NCBI GenBank assembly: GCA_964016885.1
Contig: OZ024743.1
Span: 101,370,001 to 101,434,000, forward strand
Reading direction: 5' to 3'
DNA length: 64,000 bases
Origin: Eledone cirrhosa
Lineage: Eukaryota
Below the pieces are notes generated by a model. That model was not told the DNA's origin. It ran no database searches and saw only the letters and a program-made list of their open reading frames with translations. A program made the translations under genes and the position numbers. Shown here one piece after another: positions 24,082-39,000 of this stretch (position 1 is the stretch's first letter; each line of letters starts with the position of its first letter).

Positions 24082-27000
24082 CATCGAACAAACTACCTGC
24101 ATCGGTTGTTAGATGTCGAGACGCTGCACCCTTTAAAACCTCCATGGAACAAACTACCTGCATCAGTTGTTAGCTTTCGAAACACTGCATCCTTTAAAAC
24201 CTCCATGGGACAAACTACCTGCATCAGTTGTTAGCTGTCGAGACACTGCATGCTTTAAAACCACCATGGAACAAACTACCTGCATCAGTTGTTAGTTGTC
24301 GTGACACTGCATCCTGTAATACCACCATGGAACAAACTACCTGCATCAGTTGTTAGATGTCGAGACACTGCATCTTTTAAAACCACAATGGAACAAACTA
24401 CCTGCATCAGTTGTTAGTTGTCGTGACACTGCATCCTTTAAAACCTCCATGGAACAAACTACCTGCATCAGTTGTTAGCTGTCGAGACACTGCATCCTTT
24501 AAAACCTCCATGGAACAAACTAATTGCATCAGTTGTTAGCTGTTGAGACACTGCATCCTTTAAAAGTTCCATGTAACAAACTACCTGCATCAGTTGTTAG
24601 CTGTTGAGACACTGCACCTTTCAAACCTCCATGGAACAATCTACCTGCATCAGTTGTTAGCTGTCAGGACGCTGCATCATTTAAAACCTCCATGGAACAA
24701 ACTACATGCATCAGTTGTTAGCTGTCGAGACACTGCAGCCTTTAAAACCACCATAGAACAAACTACCTGCATCAGTTGTTAGCTGTCATGACAATGCATC
24801 CTTTAAAACATCCATGTAACAAACTACCTGCATCAGTTGTTAGCTGTCGAGAGACTGCATCCTTTAAAACCTCCATGGAACAACCTACATGCATCAGTTG
24901 TTAGATGTCGAGACACTGCATCCTTTAGAATATCCATGGAACAAACTACCTACATCACTTGTTATCTGTTGAGACACTGCATCCTCTAAAACTTCCATTG
25001 AACAAACTACCTGCATCAGATGTTAGCTGTCCAGACAATGCATCCTTTAAAACCTCCATGGAACAAACTATCTGCATCTGTTGTTAGCTGTCGGGACGCT
25101 GCACCCTTTAAAATCGACAGGGAACAAACTACCTGCATCAGTTGTTAGCTATCCAGACACTGCATCCTTTAAAACCTCCATGGAACAAACTGCTTGCATC
25201 AGTTGTTAGCTGTCGAGACACTACATCCTTTAAAAGCTCCATGGAACAAACTACCTGCATCAGATGTTAGCTGTCGAGACACTGCATCCTTTAAAACCAC
25301 CATGGAACAAACTACCTGCATCAGTTGTTAGTTGTCGTGACACTGCATCCTGTAATACCATCATGGAACAAACTACCTGCATCAGTTGTTAGATGTCGAG
25401 ACACTGCATCTTTTAAAACCACAATGGAACAAACTACCTGCATCAGTTGTTAGTTGTCGTGACACTGCATCCTTTAAAACCTCCATGGAACAAACTACCT
25501 GCATCAGTTGTTAGCTGTCGAGACACTGCATCCTTTAAAACCTCCATGGAACAAACTAATTGCATCAGTTGTTAGCTGTCGAGACACTGCATCCTTTAAA
25601 AGCTCCATGTAACAAACTACCTGCATCAGTTGTTAGCTGTTGAGACACTGCACCTTTAAAACCTCCATGGAACAATCTACCTGCATCAGTTGTTAGCTGT
25701 CAGAACGCTGCATCATTTAAAACCTCCATGGAACAAACTACATGCATCAGTTGTTAGCTGTCGAGACACTGCATCCTTTAAAACCTCCATGGAACAAACT
25801 ACCTACATCAGTTGTTAGCTGTTGAGACACTGCAGCCTTTAAAACCACCATAGAACAAACTACCTGCATCAGTTGTTAGCTGTCATGACAATGCATCCTT
25901 TAAAACATCCATGTAACAAACTACCTGCATCAGTTGTTAGCTGTCGAGAGACTGCATCCTTTAAAACCTCCATGGAACAAACTGCTTGCATCAGTTGTTA
26001 GCTGTCGAGACACTACATCCTTTAAAAGCTCCATGGAACAAACTACCTGCATCAGATGTTAGCTGTCGAGACACTGCATCCTTTAAAACCACCATGGAAC
26101 AAACTACCTGCATCAGTTGTTAGTTGTCGTGACACTGCATCCTGTAATACCATCATGGAACAAACTACCTGCATCAGTTGTTAGATGTCGAGACACTGCA
26201 TCTTTTAAAACCACAATGGAACAAACTACCTGCATCAGTTGTTAGTTGTCGTGACACTGCATCCTTTAAAACCTCCATGGAACAAACTACCTGCATCAGT
26301 TGTTAGCTGTCGAGACACTGCATCCTTTAAAACCTCCATGGAACAAACTAATTGCATCAGTTGTTAGCTGTCGAGACACTGCATCCTTTAAAAGCTCCAT
26401 GTAACAAACTACCTGCATCAGTTGTTAGCTGTTGAGACACTGCACCTTTAAAACCTCCATGGAACAATCTACCTGCATCAGTTGTTAGCTGTCAGAACGC
26501 TGCATCATTTAAAACCTCCATGGAACAAACTACATGCATCAGTTGTTAGCTGTCGAGACACTGCATCCTTTAAAACCTCCATGGAACAAACTACCTACAT
26601 CAGTTGTTAGCTGTTGAGACACTGCAGCCTTTAAAACCACCATAGAACAAACTACCTGCATCAGTTGTTAGCTGTCATGACAATGCATCCTTTAAAACAT
26701 CCATGTAACAAACTACCTGCATCAGTTGTTAGCTGTCGAGAGACTGCATCCTTTAAAACCTCCATGGAACAACCTACATGCATCAGTTGTTAGATGTCGA
26801 GACACTGCATCCTTTAGAATATCCATGGAACAAACTACCTACATCACTTGTTATCTGTTGAGACACTGCATCCTCTAAAACTTCCATGGAACAAACTACC
26901 TGCATCAGATGTTAGCTGTCCAGACAATGCATCCTTTAAAACCTCCATGGAACAAACTATCTGCATCTGTTGTTAGCTGTCGGGACGCTGCACCCTTTAA

Positions 27001-30000
27001 AATCGACAGGGAACAAACTACCTGCATCAGTTGTTAGCTATCCAGACACTGCATCCTTTAAAACCTCCATGGAACAAACTGCTTGCATCAGTTGTTAGCT
27101 GTCGAGACACTACATCCTTTAAAAGCTCCATGGAACAAACTACCTGCATCAGTTGTTAGCTGTCGAGTCTGCATTCTTTTAAACCACCATGGAACAAACT
27201 ACCTGCATCAGTTGTTAGCTGTTGAGTCTGCATTCTTTTAAACCACCATGGAACAAACTACCTGCATCAGTTGTTAGTTGTCGTGACACTGCATCCTGTA
27301 ATACCACCATGGAACAAACTGCTTGCATCAGTTGTTAGCTGTCGAGACACTGCATCCTTTAAAACCACCACGGAACAAACTACCAGCATCAGTTGTTAGC
27401 TGTTGAGTCTGCATTCTTTTAAACCACCATGGAACAAACTACCTGCATCAGTTTTTAGCTGTCAAGACACTGCGTCCTTTAAAACCTCCACGGAACAAAC
27501 TATCTGCATCTGTTGTTAGCTGTCGGGACGCTGCATCCTTTAAAACCACCATGGAACAAACTACCTGCATCAGTTGTTAGCTGTTGAGTCTGCATTCTTT
27601 TAAACCGCCATGGAACAAACTACCTGCATCAGTTCTTAGCTATCCAGACACTGCATCCTTTAAAACCTCCATGGAACAAACTATCTGCATCTGTTGTTAG
27701 CTGTCGGGACGCTGCACCCTTTAAAACTTCCATGGAACAAACTACTTGCATCAGTTGTTAGCTGTCGAGACACTGCATCCTTTAAAATCTCCATGGAACA
27801 ATCAACCTGCATCAGTTGTTAGCTGTTGAGACACTGCATCCATTAAAACCTCCATGGAACAATCTACCTGCATCAGTTGTTAGCTGTCAGGACGCTGCAT
27901 CCTTTAAAACCTCCATGGAACAAACTACCTGCATCAGTTGTTAGCTGTTGACACACTGCATCCTTTAAAACCATCATGGAACAAACTACCTGCATCAGTT
28001 GTTAGCTGTCATGACACTGCATCCTTTAAAACATCCATGTAACAAACTACCTGCATCAGTTGCTAGCTGTCGGGATGCTGCATCCGTTAAAACCTCCATG
28101 GAACAAACTACCTGCATCAGTTGTTAGCTGTCGAGACACTGCATCCTTTAAAACCACCATGGAACAAAATACCTGCATCAGGTGTTAGTTGTCATGACAC
28201 TGCATCCTGTAATACCACCATGGAACAAACTACCTGCATCAGTTGTTAGCTGTCGAGACAATGCATCCTTTATAACCTCCATGGAACAAACTATCTGCAT
28301 CTGTTGTTAGCTGTCGGGACGCTGCACCCTTTAAAATCGACATGGAACAAACTACCTGCATCAGTTGTTAGCTATCCATACACTGCATCCTTTAAAACCT
28401 CCATGGAACAAACTACCTGCATCAGTTGTTAGCTGTCGAGACACTGCATCCTTTAAAACCTCCATGGAACAAACTACCTGCATCAGTTGTTACCTGTTGG
28501 GACAGTGCATCCTTTAAAACATCCATGGAACAAACTACCTGCATCTATTATTAGCTGTCAGGAAGCTTCATCCTTTAAAACCTCCATGGAACAAACTACC
28601 TGCATCAGTTGTTACCTGTCGAGACACTGCATCCTTTAAAATCTCCATGGATCAAACTACCTGCAGCAGTTGTTAGCTGTTGAGACACTGCATCCTTTAA
28701 AACCTCCATGGAACAAACTACCTGCATTGGTTGTTAGCTGTCGGGACACTGCCCCCTTTAAAACCTCCATGGAACAAACTACCTGTATCAGTTTTTACCT
28801 GTCGAGACACTGCATCCTTAAAACTTTTATGGAACAAACTTCCTGCATCAGTTGTTACCTGTCGAGACACTGCATCCTTTAAAACCTCCATGGAAGAAAC
28901 TACCTGCATCAGTTGTTAGTTGTCAAGACACTGCATCCTTAAAACCTCCATGGAACAATCTACCAGGACCAGTTGTTAGCTGTCGAGAGACTGCATCCTT
29001 TAAAACCTTCATGGAACAAACTACCTGCATCAGTTGTTAGCTGTCGAGATACTGTATCTTTAAAACCTCCATGGAACAAACTACCTGCATCAATTGTTAG
29101 CTGTCGAGACCCTGCATCCTTTAAAACCAGCATGCAACAAACTACCTGCATCTGCTTTTAGCTGTCAAGACACTGCATCCTTTAAAATCTCCATGGATCA
29201 AACTACCGGCATCAGTTGTTAGCTGTTGGCACACTGCATCCTTTAAAACTTCCATGGAACAAACTTCCTGCATCAGTTTTTACCTGTCGAGATACTGCAT
29301 CCTTTAAAACCTCCATGGAAGAAACTACATGCATCAGTTGTTAGTGTCAGGCTGCTCTATCCTTTAAAACCTCCATGGAACAAACTACCTGCATCAGTTT
29401 TTAGCTGTCGAGACACTGCATCCTTTAAAACCTCTATGGAACAAACTACCTGCATCAGTTGTTAGCTGTCGAGACACTGCATCCTTTAAACCTTCAGGGA
29501 ACAAACTACCTGCATCAGTTGTTACCTGTTGACACACTGCATCCTTTAAAACCACCATGGCACAAACTACCTGCATCAGTTGTTAGCTGTCGAGACCCTG
29601 CATCCTTTAAAACCTCCATGGAACAAACTACCTGTATCAGTTGTTAACTGTCGAGACTCTGCATCCTTTAAAACCTCCATAGAACAAACTACCTGCATCA
29701 GTTGTTAGCTGTCATGACACTGCATCCTTTAAAACATCCATGTAACAAACTACCTGCATCAGTTGTTACCTGTTGGGACAGTGCATCCTTTAAAACATCC
29801 ATGGAACAAACTACCTGCATCTATTATTAGCTGTCAGGAAGCTTCATCCTGTAAAACCTCCATGGAACAAACTACCTGCATCAGTTGTTACCTGTCGAGA
29901 CACTGCATCCTTTAAAACCTCCATGGAACAAACTACCTGTATTGGTTGTTAGCTGTCGGGACACTGCCCCCTTTAAAACCTCCATGGAACAAACTACCTC

Positions 30001-33000
30001 CATCAGTTTTTACCTCTCGGGACGCTGCATCCTTAAAATTTTTATTGAACAAACTTCCTGCATCAGTTGTTACCTGTCGAGACACTGCATCCTTTAAAAC
30101 CTCCATTGAAGAAACTACCTGCATCAGTTGTTAGCTGTCAGGCTGCTCTATCCTTTAAAACCTCCATGGAACAAACTACCTGCATCAGTTTTTAGCTGTC
30201 GAGACACTGCATCCTTTAAAACCTCTATGGAACAAACTACCTGCATCAGTTGTTAGCTGTCGAGACACTGCATCCTTTAAACCTTCAGGGAACAAACTAC
30301 CTGCATCAGTTGTTACCTGTTGACACACTGCATCCTTTAAAACCACCATGGCACAAACTACCTGCATCAGTTGTTAGCTGTCGAGACACTGCATCGTTTA
30401 AAACCACCATGGAACAAACTATCTGCATCAGTTGTTAGCTGTCGAGACACTGCATCCTTTAAAACCACAATGGAACAAACTACCTGCATCAGTTGTTAGA
30501 TGTCGGGACGCTGCATCCTTTAAAACCACCATGGAAGAAACTACCTGCGTCAGTTGTTACCTGTCGAGACACTGCTCCTTTAAAACCTCCATGGAACAAA
30601 ATACCTGCATCAGTTGTTAGCTGTTGTGACACTGCATCCTTTAAAACCACCATGGAACCAACTACCTGCATCAGTTGTTACCTGTCGAGACACTGCTCCT
30701 TTAAAACCTCCATGGAACAAACTACCTGCATCAGTTGTTAGCTGTCGGCATGCTGCATCCTTTAAAACCACGATGGAAGAAACTACCTGCATCAGTTGTA
30801 AGCTGTCAGGATGCTCCATCCTTTAAAATATCCATGGAACAAACTACCTCCATCAGTTCTTAGCTGTTGACACACTGCATCCTTTAAAACCACCATGGAA
30901 CAAACTACCTGCATCAGTTGTTAGCTGTCGAGACACTGCATCCTTTAAAACCTTCATGGAACAAACTACCTGCATCTGCTGCTAGCTGTCGGGATGCTGC
31001 ATCCTTTAAAACCTTCATGGAACAAACTACCCGCATCAGTTGTTAGCTGTTGAGACACTGCATCCTTTAAAACCTCCAAGGAATCAACTACCTGTATCTG
31101 TTGTTAGCTGTCTAGACACTGCATCCTTAAAATCTCCATGGATCAAACTACCGGCATCAGTTGTTAGCTGTTGACACACTGCATCCTTTAAAACAACCAT
31201 GGCACAAACTACCTACATCAGTTGTTAGCTGTTGAGACACTGCATCCTAAAAACCTCCATGGAATAGACTACCTGTATCAGTTGTTACCTGTCGAGATAC
31301 TGCATACTTTAAAATCTCCATGGATCCAACTACCTGTATCAGTTGTTAGCTGTTGGGACACTGCATCCTTTAAAACCTCCGTGAAACAAACTATCTGTAT
31401 CAGTCGTTAGCTGTTGAGACACTGCATCCTTTAAAACCTCCATGGAACAAACTACCTGCATCAGTTGTTAGCTGTCGAATCACTGCATCCTTTAAAACCA
31501 CCATGGAACAAACTACCTGCATCAGTTGTTAGCTGGCAAGACTCTGCATCCTCTAAAACCTCGATGGAACAAACTACCTGCATCAGTTGTTAGCTGTCGA
31601 GACACTGCATAATTAAAAACCTCCATGGAACAAACTACCTGCATCAGTTGTTATGTGTCTAGACACTGCATCCTTAAAACCTCCATGGAACAAACTACCT
31701 GCATCAGTTGTTAGCTGTCGAATCACTGCATCCTTTAAAACCACCATGGAACAAACTACCTGCATCAGTTGTTAGCTGGCAAGACTCTGCATCCTCTAAA
31801 ACCTCCATGGAACAAACTACCTGCATCAGTTGTTAGCTGTCGAGTCATTGCATACTTAAAACCTCCATGGAACAAACTACCTGCATCAGTTGTTATGTGT
31901 CTAGACACTGCATCCTTAAAACCTCCATGGAACAAACTATCTGCATCAGTTGTTAGCTGTCGAGACTCTGCATTCTTTAAAACCTCCATGGAACAAACTA
32001 CCTGCATCAGTTGTTAGCTGTCGAGACACTGCATAATTAAAAACCTCCATGGAACAAACTACCTGCATCAGTTGTTATGTGTCTAGACACTGCATCCTTA
32101 AAACCTCCATGGAACAAACTACCTGCATCTGTTGTTAGCTGTTGAGACACTGCATACCTTAAAACCACCATGTAACAGACTACTTGCATCAGTTGTTAGC
32201 TGTCGAATCACTGCATCCTTTAAAACCACCATGGAACAAACTACCTGCATCAGTTGGTAGCTGTCGAGACACTGCATCCTTTTAAACCACAATGGAACAA
32301 ACTACCTGCATCAGTTGTTAGCTGTCGGGATGCTGCATCCTTTTAAACCACCATGGAAGAAACTACCTGCATCAGCTGTAAGCTGTCAGGATGCTCCATC
32401 CTTTAAAACCTCCATGGAACAAACTACCTGCATCAGTTGTTAGCTGTCGGGACGATGCATCTTTTAAAACCACCATGGAAGAAACTACCTGCATCAGTTT
32501 TAAGCTGTCAGGATGCTCCATCCTTTAAACCCTCCATGGAACAAACTACCTACATCAGTTCTTAGCTGTTGACACACTGCATCCTTTAAAACCACCATGG
32601 AACAAACTACCTGCATCAGTTGTTAGCTGTCGAGACACTGCATCCTTTAAAACCACAATGGAACAAACTACCTGCATCAGTTGTTAGCTGTTGTGACACT
32701 GCATCCTTTAAAACCGCCATGGAACCAACTACCTGCATCAGTTGTTACCTGTCGAGACACTGCTCCTTTAAAACCTCCATGGAACAAACTACCTGCATCA
32801 GTTGTTAGCTGTTGTGACACTGCATCCTTTAAAACCGCCATGGAACCAACTACCTGCATCAGTTGTTACCTGTCGAGACACTGCTCCTTTAAAACCTCCA
32901 TGGAACAAACTACCTGCATCAGTTGTTAGCTGTCGGCACGCTGCATCCTTTAAAACCACAATGGAACAAACTACCTGCATCAGTTGTTACCTGTCGAGAC

Positions 33001-36000
33001 ACTGCTCCTTTAACACCTCCATGGAAGAAACTACCTGCATCAGTTGTTAGCTGTCGGCACGCTGCATCCTTTAAAACCACCATGGAAGAAACTACCTGCA
33101 TCAGTTGTAAGCTGTCAGGATGCTCCATCCTTTAAAACCTCCATGGAACAAACTACCTCCATCAGTTCTTAGCTGTTGATACACTGCATACTTTAAAACC
33201 ACCATCGAACAAACTACCTGCATCAGTTGTTAGCTGTCGAGACACTGCATCCTTTAAAACCACAATGGAACAAACTACCTCCATCAGTTCTTAGCTATTG
33301 ATACACTGCATACTTTAAAACCACCATCGAACAAACTACCTGCATCAGTTGTTAGCTGTCGAGACACTGCATCCTTTAAAACCTTCATGGAACAACTACC
33401 TGCATCTGCTGTTAGCTGTCGGGTTGTTGCATCCTTTAAAACCACCATGGCACAAACTACCCGCATCAGTTGTTAGCTGTTGAGAAACTGCATCCTTTAA
33501 AACCTCCATGGAATCAACTACCTGTATCTGTTGTTAGCTGTCGAGACACTGCATCCTTTAAAATCTCCATGGATCAAACTACCTGCATCAGTTGTTAGCT
33601 GTTGACACACTGCATCCTTTAAAACCACCATGGAATAGACTACCTGTCTCAGTTGTTACCTGTTGAGATACTGCATACTTTAAAACCTCCATGGATCAAA
33701 CTACCTGTATCAGTTGTTATCTGTTGGGACACTGCATCCTTTAAAACCTCCGTGAAACAAACTATCTGTATCAGACGTTAACTGTTGAGACACTGCATCC
33801 TTTAAAACCACCATGGAAAAAACTACCTGCACCAGTTGTTAGCTGTCGAGACTCTGCATCCTTTAAAACCTCCATGGAACAAACTACCTGCATCAGTTGT
33901 TAGCTGTCGAGACACTGCATACTTAAAACCTCCATGGAACAAACTACCTGCATCAGTTGTTATGTGTCTAGACACTGCATCCTTAAAATCTCCATGGAAC
34001 AAACTACCTGCATCTGTTGTTAGCTGTCGAGACACTGCATCCCTTAAAACCACCATGTAACAAACTACTTGCATCAGTTGTTAGCTGTTGAGACACTGCA
34101 TCCTTTAAAACCTCCGTGAAACAAACTGTCTGTATCAGACGTTAGCTGTTGAGACACTGCATCCTTTAAAACCACCATGGAAAAAACTACCTGCAACAGT
34201 TGTTAGCTGTCGAGACCCTGCATCCTTTAAAACTACAATGGAACAAACTACCTGCATCAGTTGTAAGCTGTTGTGACACTGCATCCTTTAAAACCACCAT
34301 GGAACCAACTACCTGCATCAGTTGTTACCTGTCGTCACACCGCTCCTTTAAAACCTCCATGGAACAAACTACCTGCATCAGTTGTTAGCTGTCGGGACGC
34401 TTAATCCTTTAAAACCACCATGGAAGAAACTACCTGCATCAGTTTTAAGCTGTCAGGATGCTCCATCCTTTAAAACCTCCATGGAAGAAACTACCTACAT
34501 CAGTTCTTAGCTGTTGACACACTGCATCCTTTAAAACCACCATGGAACAAACTACGTGCATCAGTTGTTAGCTGTCGAGTCCCTGCATTCTTTAAAACCT
34601 CCATGGAATCAACCACCTGTATCAGTTGTTAGCTGTCGAGACACTGCATGCTTTAAAACTTCCATGGATCAAACTACTTGTATCAGTTGTTAGCTGTTGG
34701 GACACTGCATCCCTTAAAACCTCCATGAAACAAACTATCTGTATCAGTCGTTAGCTGTTGAGACACTGCATCCTTTAAAACCACCATGGAACAAACTACC
34801 TGCATCAGTTGTTAGCTGTCGAGACTCTGCATCCTTTAAAACCTCCATGGAACAAACTACCTGCATCAGTTGTTAGCTGTCGAGACACTGCATACTTAAA
34901 ACCTCCATGGAACAAACTACCTGCATCAGTTGTTATGTGTCTAGACACTGCATCCTTAAAACCTCCATGGAACAAACTACCTGCATCTGTTGTTAGCTGT
35001 CGAGACACTGCATCCCTTAAAACCACCATGTAACAAACTACTTGCATCAGTTGTTAGCTGTTGAGACACTGCACCCTTAAAACCTCCATGGAACAAACTA
35101 CCTGCATCAGTTGTTAGCTGTCGAATCACTGCATCCTTTAAAACCACCATGGAACAAACTACCTGCATCAGTTCTTAGCTGTCGCGATGCTGCATCCTTT
35201 TAAACCACCATGGAAGAAACTACCTGCATCAGTTGTAAGCTGTCAGGAAGCTCCATCCTTTAAAACCTCCATGGAATCAACCCCCTGTATCAGTTGTTAG
35301 CTGTCGAGACCCTGCATTCTTTAAAACCTCCATGGAACAAACTACCTGTATCAGTTGTTATCTGTTGGCACACTGCATCCTTTAAAACCTCCATGAAACA
35401 AACTATCCGTATCAGTTGTTAGCTGTTGAGACACTGCATCCTTTAAAACCACCATGGAACAAACTACCTGCATCAGTTGTTATGTGTCTAGACACTGCAT
35501 CCTTAAAACCTCCATGGAACAAACTATCTGCATCAGTTGTTAGCTGTCGAGACTCTGCATTCTTTAAAACCTCCATGGAACAAACTACCTGCATCAGTTG
35601 TTAGTTGTCGAGACACTGCATAATTAAAAACCTCCATGGAACAAACTACCTGCATCAGTTGTTATGTGTCTAGACACTGCATCCTTAAAACCTCCATGGA
35701 ACAAACTACCTGCATCAGTTGTTAGCTGTCGAATCACTGCATCCTTTAAAACCACCATGGAACAAACTACCTGCATCAGTTGTTAGCTGGCAAGACTCTG
35801 CATCCTCTAAAACCTCCATGGAACAAACTACCTGCATCAGTTGTTAGCTGTCGAGTCATTGCATACTTAAAACCTCCATGGAACAAACTACCTGCATCAG
35901 TTGTTATGTGTCTAGACACTGCATCCTTAAAACCTCCATGGAACAAACTATCTGCATCAGTTGTTAGCTGTCGAGACTCTGCATTCTTTAAAACCTCCAT

Positions 36001-39000
36001 GGAACAAACTACCTGCATCAGTTGTTAGCTGTCGAGACACTGCATAATTAAAAACCTCCATGGAACAAACTACCTGCATCAGTTGTTATGTGTCTAGACA
36101 CTGCATCCTTAAAACCTCCATGGAACAAACTACCTGCATCTGTTGTTAGCTGTTGAGACACTGCATACCTTAAAACCACCATGTAACAGACTACTTGCAT
36201 CAGTTGTTAGCTGTCGAATCACTGCATCCTTTAAAACCACCATGGAACAAACTACCTGCATCAGTTGGTAGCTGTCGAGACACTGCATCCTTTTAAACCA
36301 CAATGGAACAAACTACCTGCATCAGTTGTTAGCTGTCGGGATGCTGCATCCTTTTAAACCACCATGGAAGAAACTACCTGCATCAGCTGTAAGCTGTCAG
36401 GATGCTCCATCCTTTAAAACCTCCATGGAACAAACTTCCTGCATCAGTTGTTACCTGTCGAGACACTGCATCCTTTAAAACCTCCATTGAAGAAACTACC
36501 TGCATCAGTTGTTAGCTGTGAGACTGCTCCATCCTTTAAAACTTTTATGGAACAAACTACCTCCATCAGTTTTTACCTGTCGAGACACTGCATCCTTTAA
36601 AACTTTTATGGAACAAACTACCTGCATGAGTTGTTAGCTGTTGAGTCACTGCATCCTTTAAAACCTCCATGGAACAAACTACCTGCATCAGTTGTTAGTT
36701 GTCAAGACACTGCATCCTTAAAACCTCCATGGAACAATCTACCTGCACCAGTTGTTAGCTGTCGAGAGACTGCATCCTTTAAAACCTTCATGGAACAAAC
36801 TACCTGCATCAGTTGTCAGCTGTCGAGATACTGTATCCTTAAAACCTCCATGGAACAAATTACCTGCATCAATTGTTAGCTGTCGAGACCCTGCATCCTT
36901 TAAAACCAGCATGGAACAAACTACCTGCATCTGGTTTTAGCTGTCAAGACACTGCATCCTTTAAAATCTCCATGGATCAAACTACCGGCATCAGTTGTTA
37001 CCTGTCGAGATACTGCATCCTTTAAAACCTCCATGGAAGAAACTACATGCATCAGTTCTTAGTGTCAGGCTGCTCTATCCTTTAAAACCTCCATGGAACA
37101 AACTACCTGCATCAGTTTTTAGCTGTCGAGACACTGCATCCTTTAAAACCTCTATGGAACAAACTACCTGCATCAGTTGTTAGCTGTCGAGACACTGCAT
37201 CCTTTAAACCTTCAGGGAACAAACTACCTGCATCAGTTGTTACCTGTTGACACACTGCATCCTTTAAAACCACCATGGCACAAACTACCTGCATCAGTTG
37301 TTAGCTGTCGAGACACTGCATCGTTTAAAACCACCATGGAACAAACTACCTGCATCCGTTGTTAGCTGTCGAGACACTGCATCCTTTAAAACCACAATGG
37401 AACAAACTACCTGCATCAGTTGTTAGCTGTTGTGACACTGCATCCTTTAAAACCGCCATGGAACCAACTACCTGCATCAGTTGTTACCTGTCGAGACACT
37501 GCTCCTTTAAAACCTCCATGGAACAAACTACCTGCATCAGTTGTTAGCTGTCGAGACACTGCATCCTTTAAAACCACAATGGAACAAACTACCTGCATCA
37601 GTTGTTAGCTGTTGTGACACTGCATCCTTTAAAACCGCCATGGAACCAACTACCTGCATCAGTTGTTACCTGTCGAGACACTGCTCCTTTAACACCTCCA
37701 TGGAAGAAACTACCTGCATCAGTTGTTAGCTGTCGGCACGCTGCATCCTTTAAAACCACCATGGAAGAAACTACCTGCATCAGTTGTAAGCTGTCAGGAT
37801 GCTCCATCCTTTAAAACCTCCATGGAACAAACTACCTCCATCAGTTCTTAGCTGTTGATACACTGCATACTTTAAAACCACCATCGAACAAACTACCTGC
37901 ATCAGTTGTTAGCTGTCGAGACACTGCATCCTTTAAAACCTTCATGGAACAACTACCTGCATCTGCTGTTAGCTGTCGGGTTGTTGCATCCTTTAAAACC
38001 ACCATGGCACAAACTACCCGCATCAGTTGTTAGCTGTTGAGAAACTGCATCCTTTAAAACCTCCATGGAATCAACTACCTGTATCTGTTGTTAGCTGTCG
38101 AGACACTGCATCCTTTAAAATCTCCATGGATCAAACTACCTGCATCAGTTGTTAGCTGTTGACACACTGCATCCTTTAAAACCACCATGGAATAGACTAC
38201 CTGTCTCAGTTGTTACCTGTTGAGATACTGCATACTTTAAAACCTCCATGGATCAAACTACCTGTATCAGTTGTTATCTGTTGGGACACTGCATCCTTTA
38301 AAACCTCCGTGAAACAAACTATCTGTATCAGACGTTAACTGTTGAGACACTGCATCCTTTAAAACCACCATGGAAAAAACTACCTGCACCAGTTGTTAGC
38401 TGTCGAGACTCTGCATCCTTTAAAACCTCCATGGAACAAACTACCTGCATCAGTTGTTAGCTGTCGAGACACTGCATACTTAAAACCTCCATGGAACAAA
38501 CTACCTGCATCAGTTGTTATGTGTCTAGACACTGCATCCTTAAAATCTCCATGGAACAAACTACCTGCATCTGTTGTTAGCTGTCGAGACACTGCATCCC
38601 TTAAAACCACCATGTAACAAACTACTTGCATCAGTTGTTAGCTGTTGAGACACTGCATCCTTTAAAACCTCCGTGAAACAAACTGTCTGTATCAGACGTT
38701 AGCTGTTGAGACACTGCATCCTTTAAAACCACCATGGAAAAAACTACCTGCAACAGTTGTTAGCTGTCGAGACCCTGCATCCTTTAAAACTACAATGGAA
38801 CAAACTACCTGCATCAGTTGTAAGCTGTTGTGACACTGCATCCTTTAAAACCACCATGGAACCAACTACCTGCATCAGTTGTTACCTGTCGTCACACCGC
38901 TCCTTTAAAACCTCCATGGAACAAACTACCTGCATCAGTTGTTAGCTGTCGGGATGCTTAATCCTTTAAAACCACCATGGAAGAAACTACCTGCATCAGT

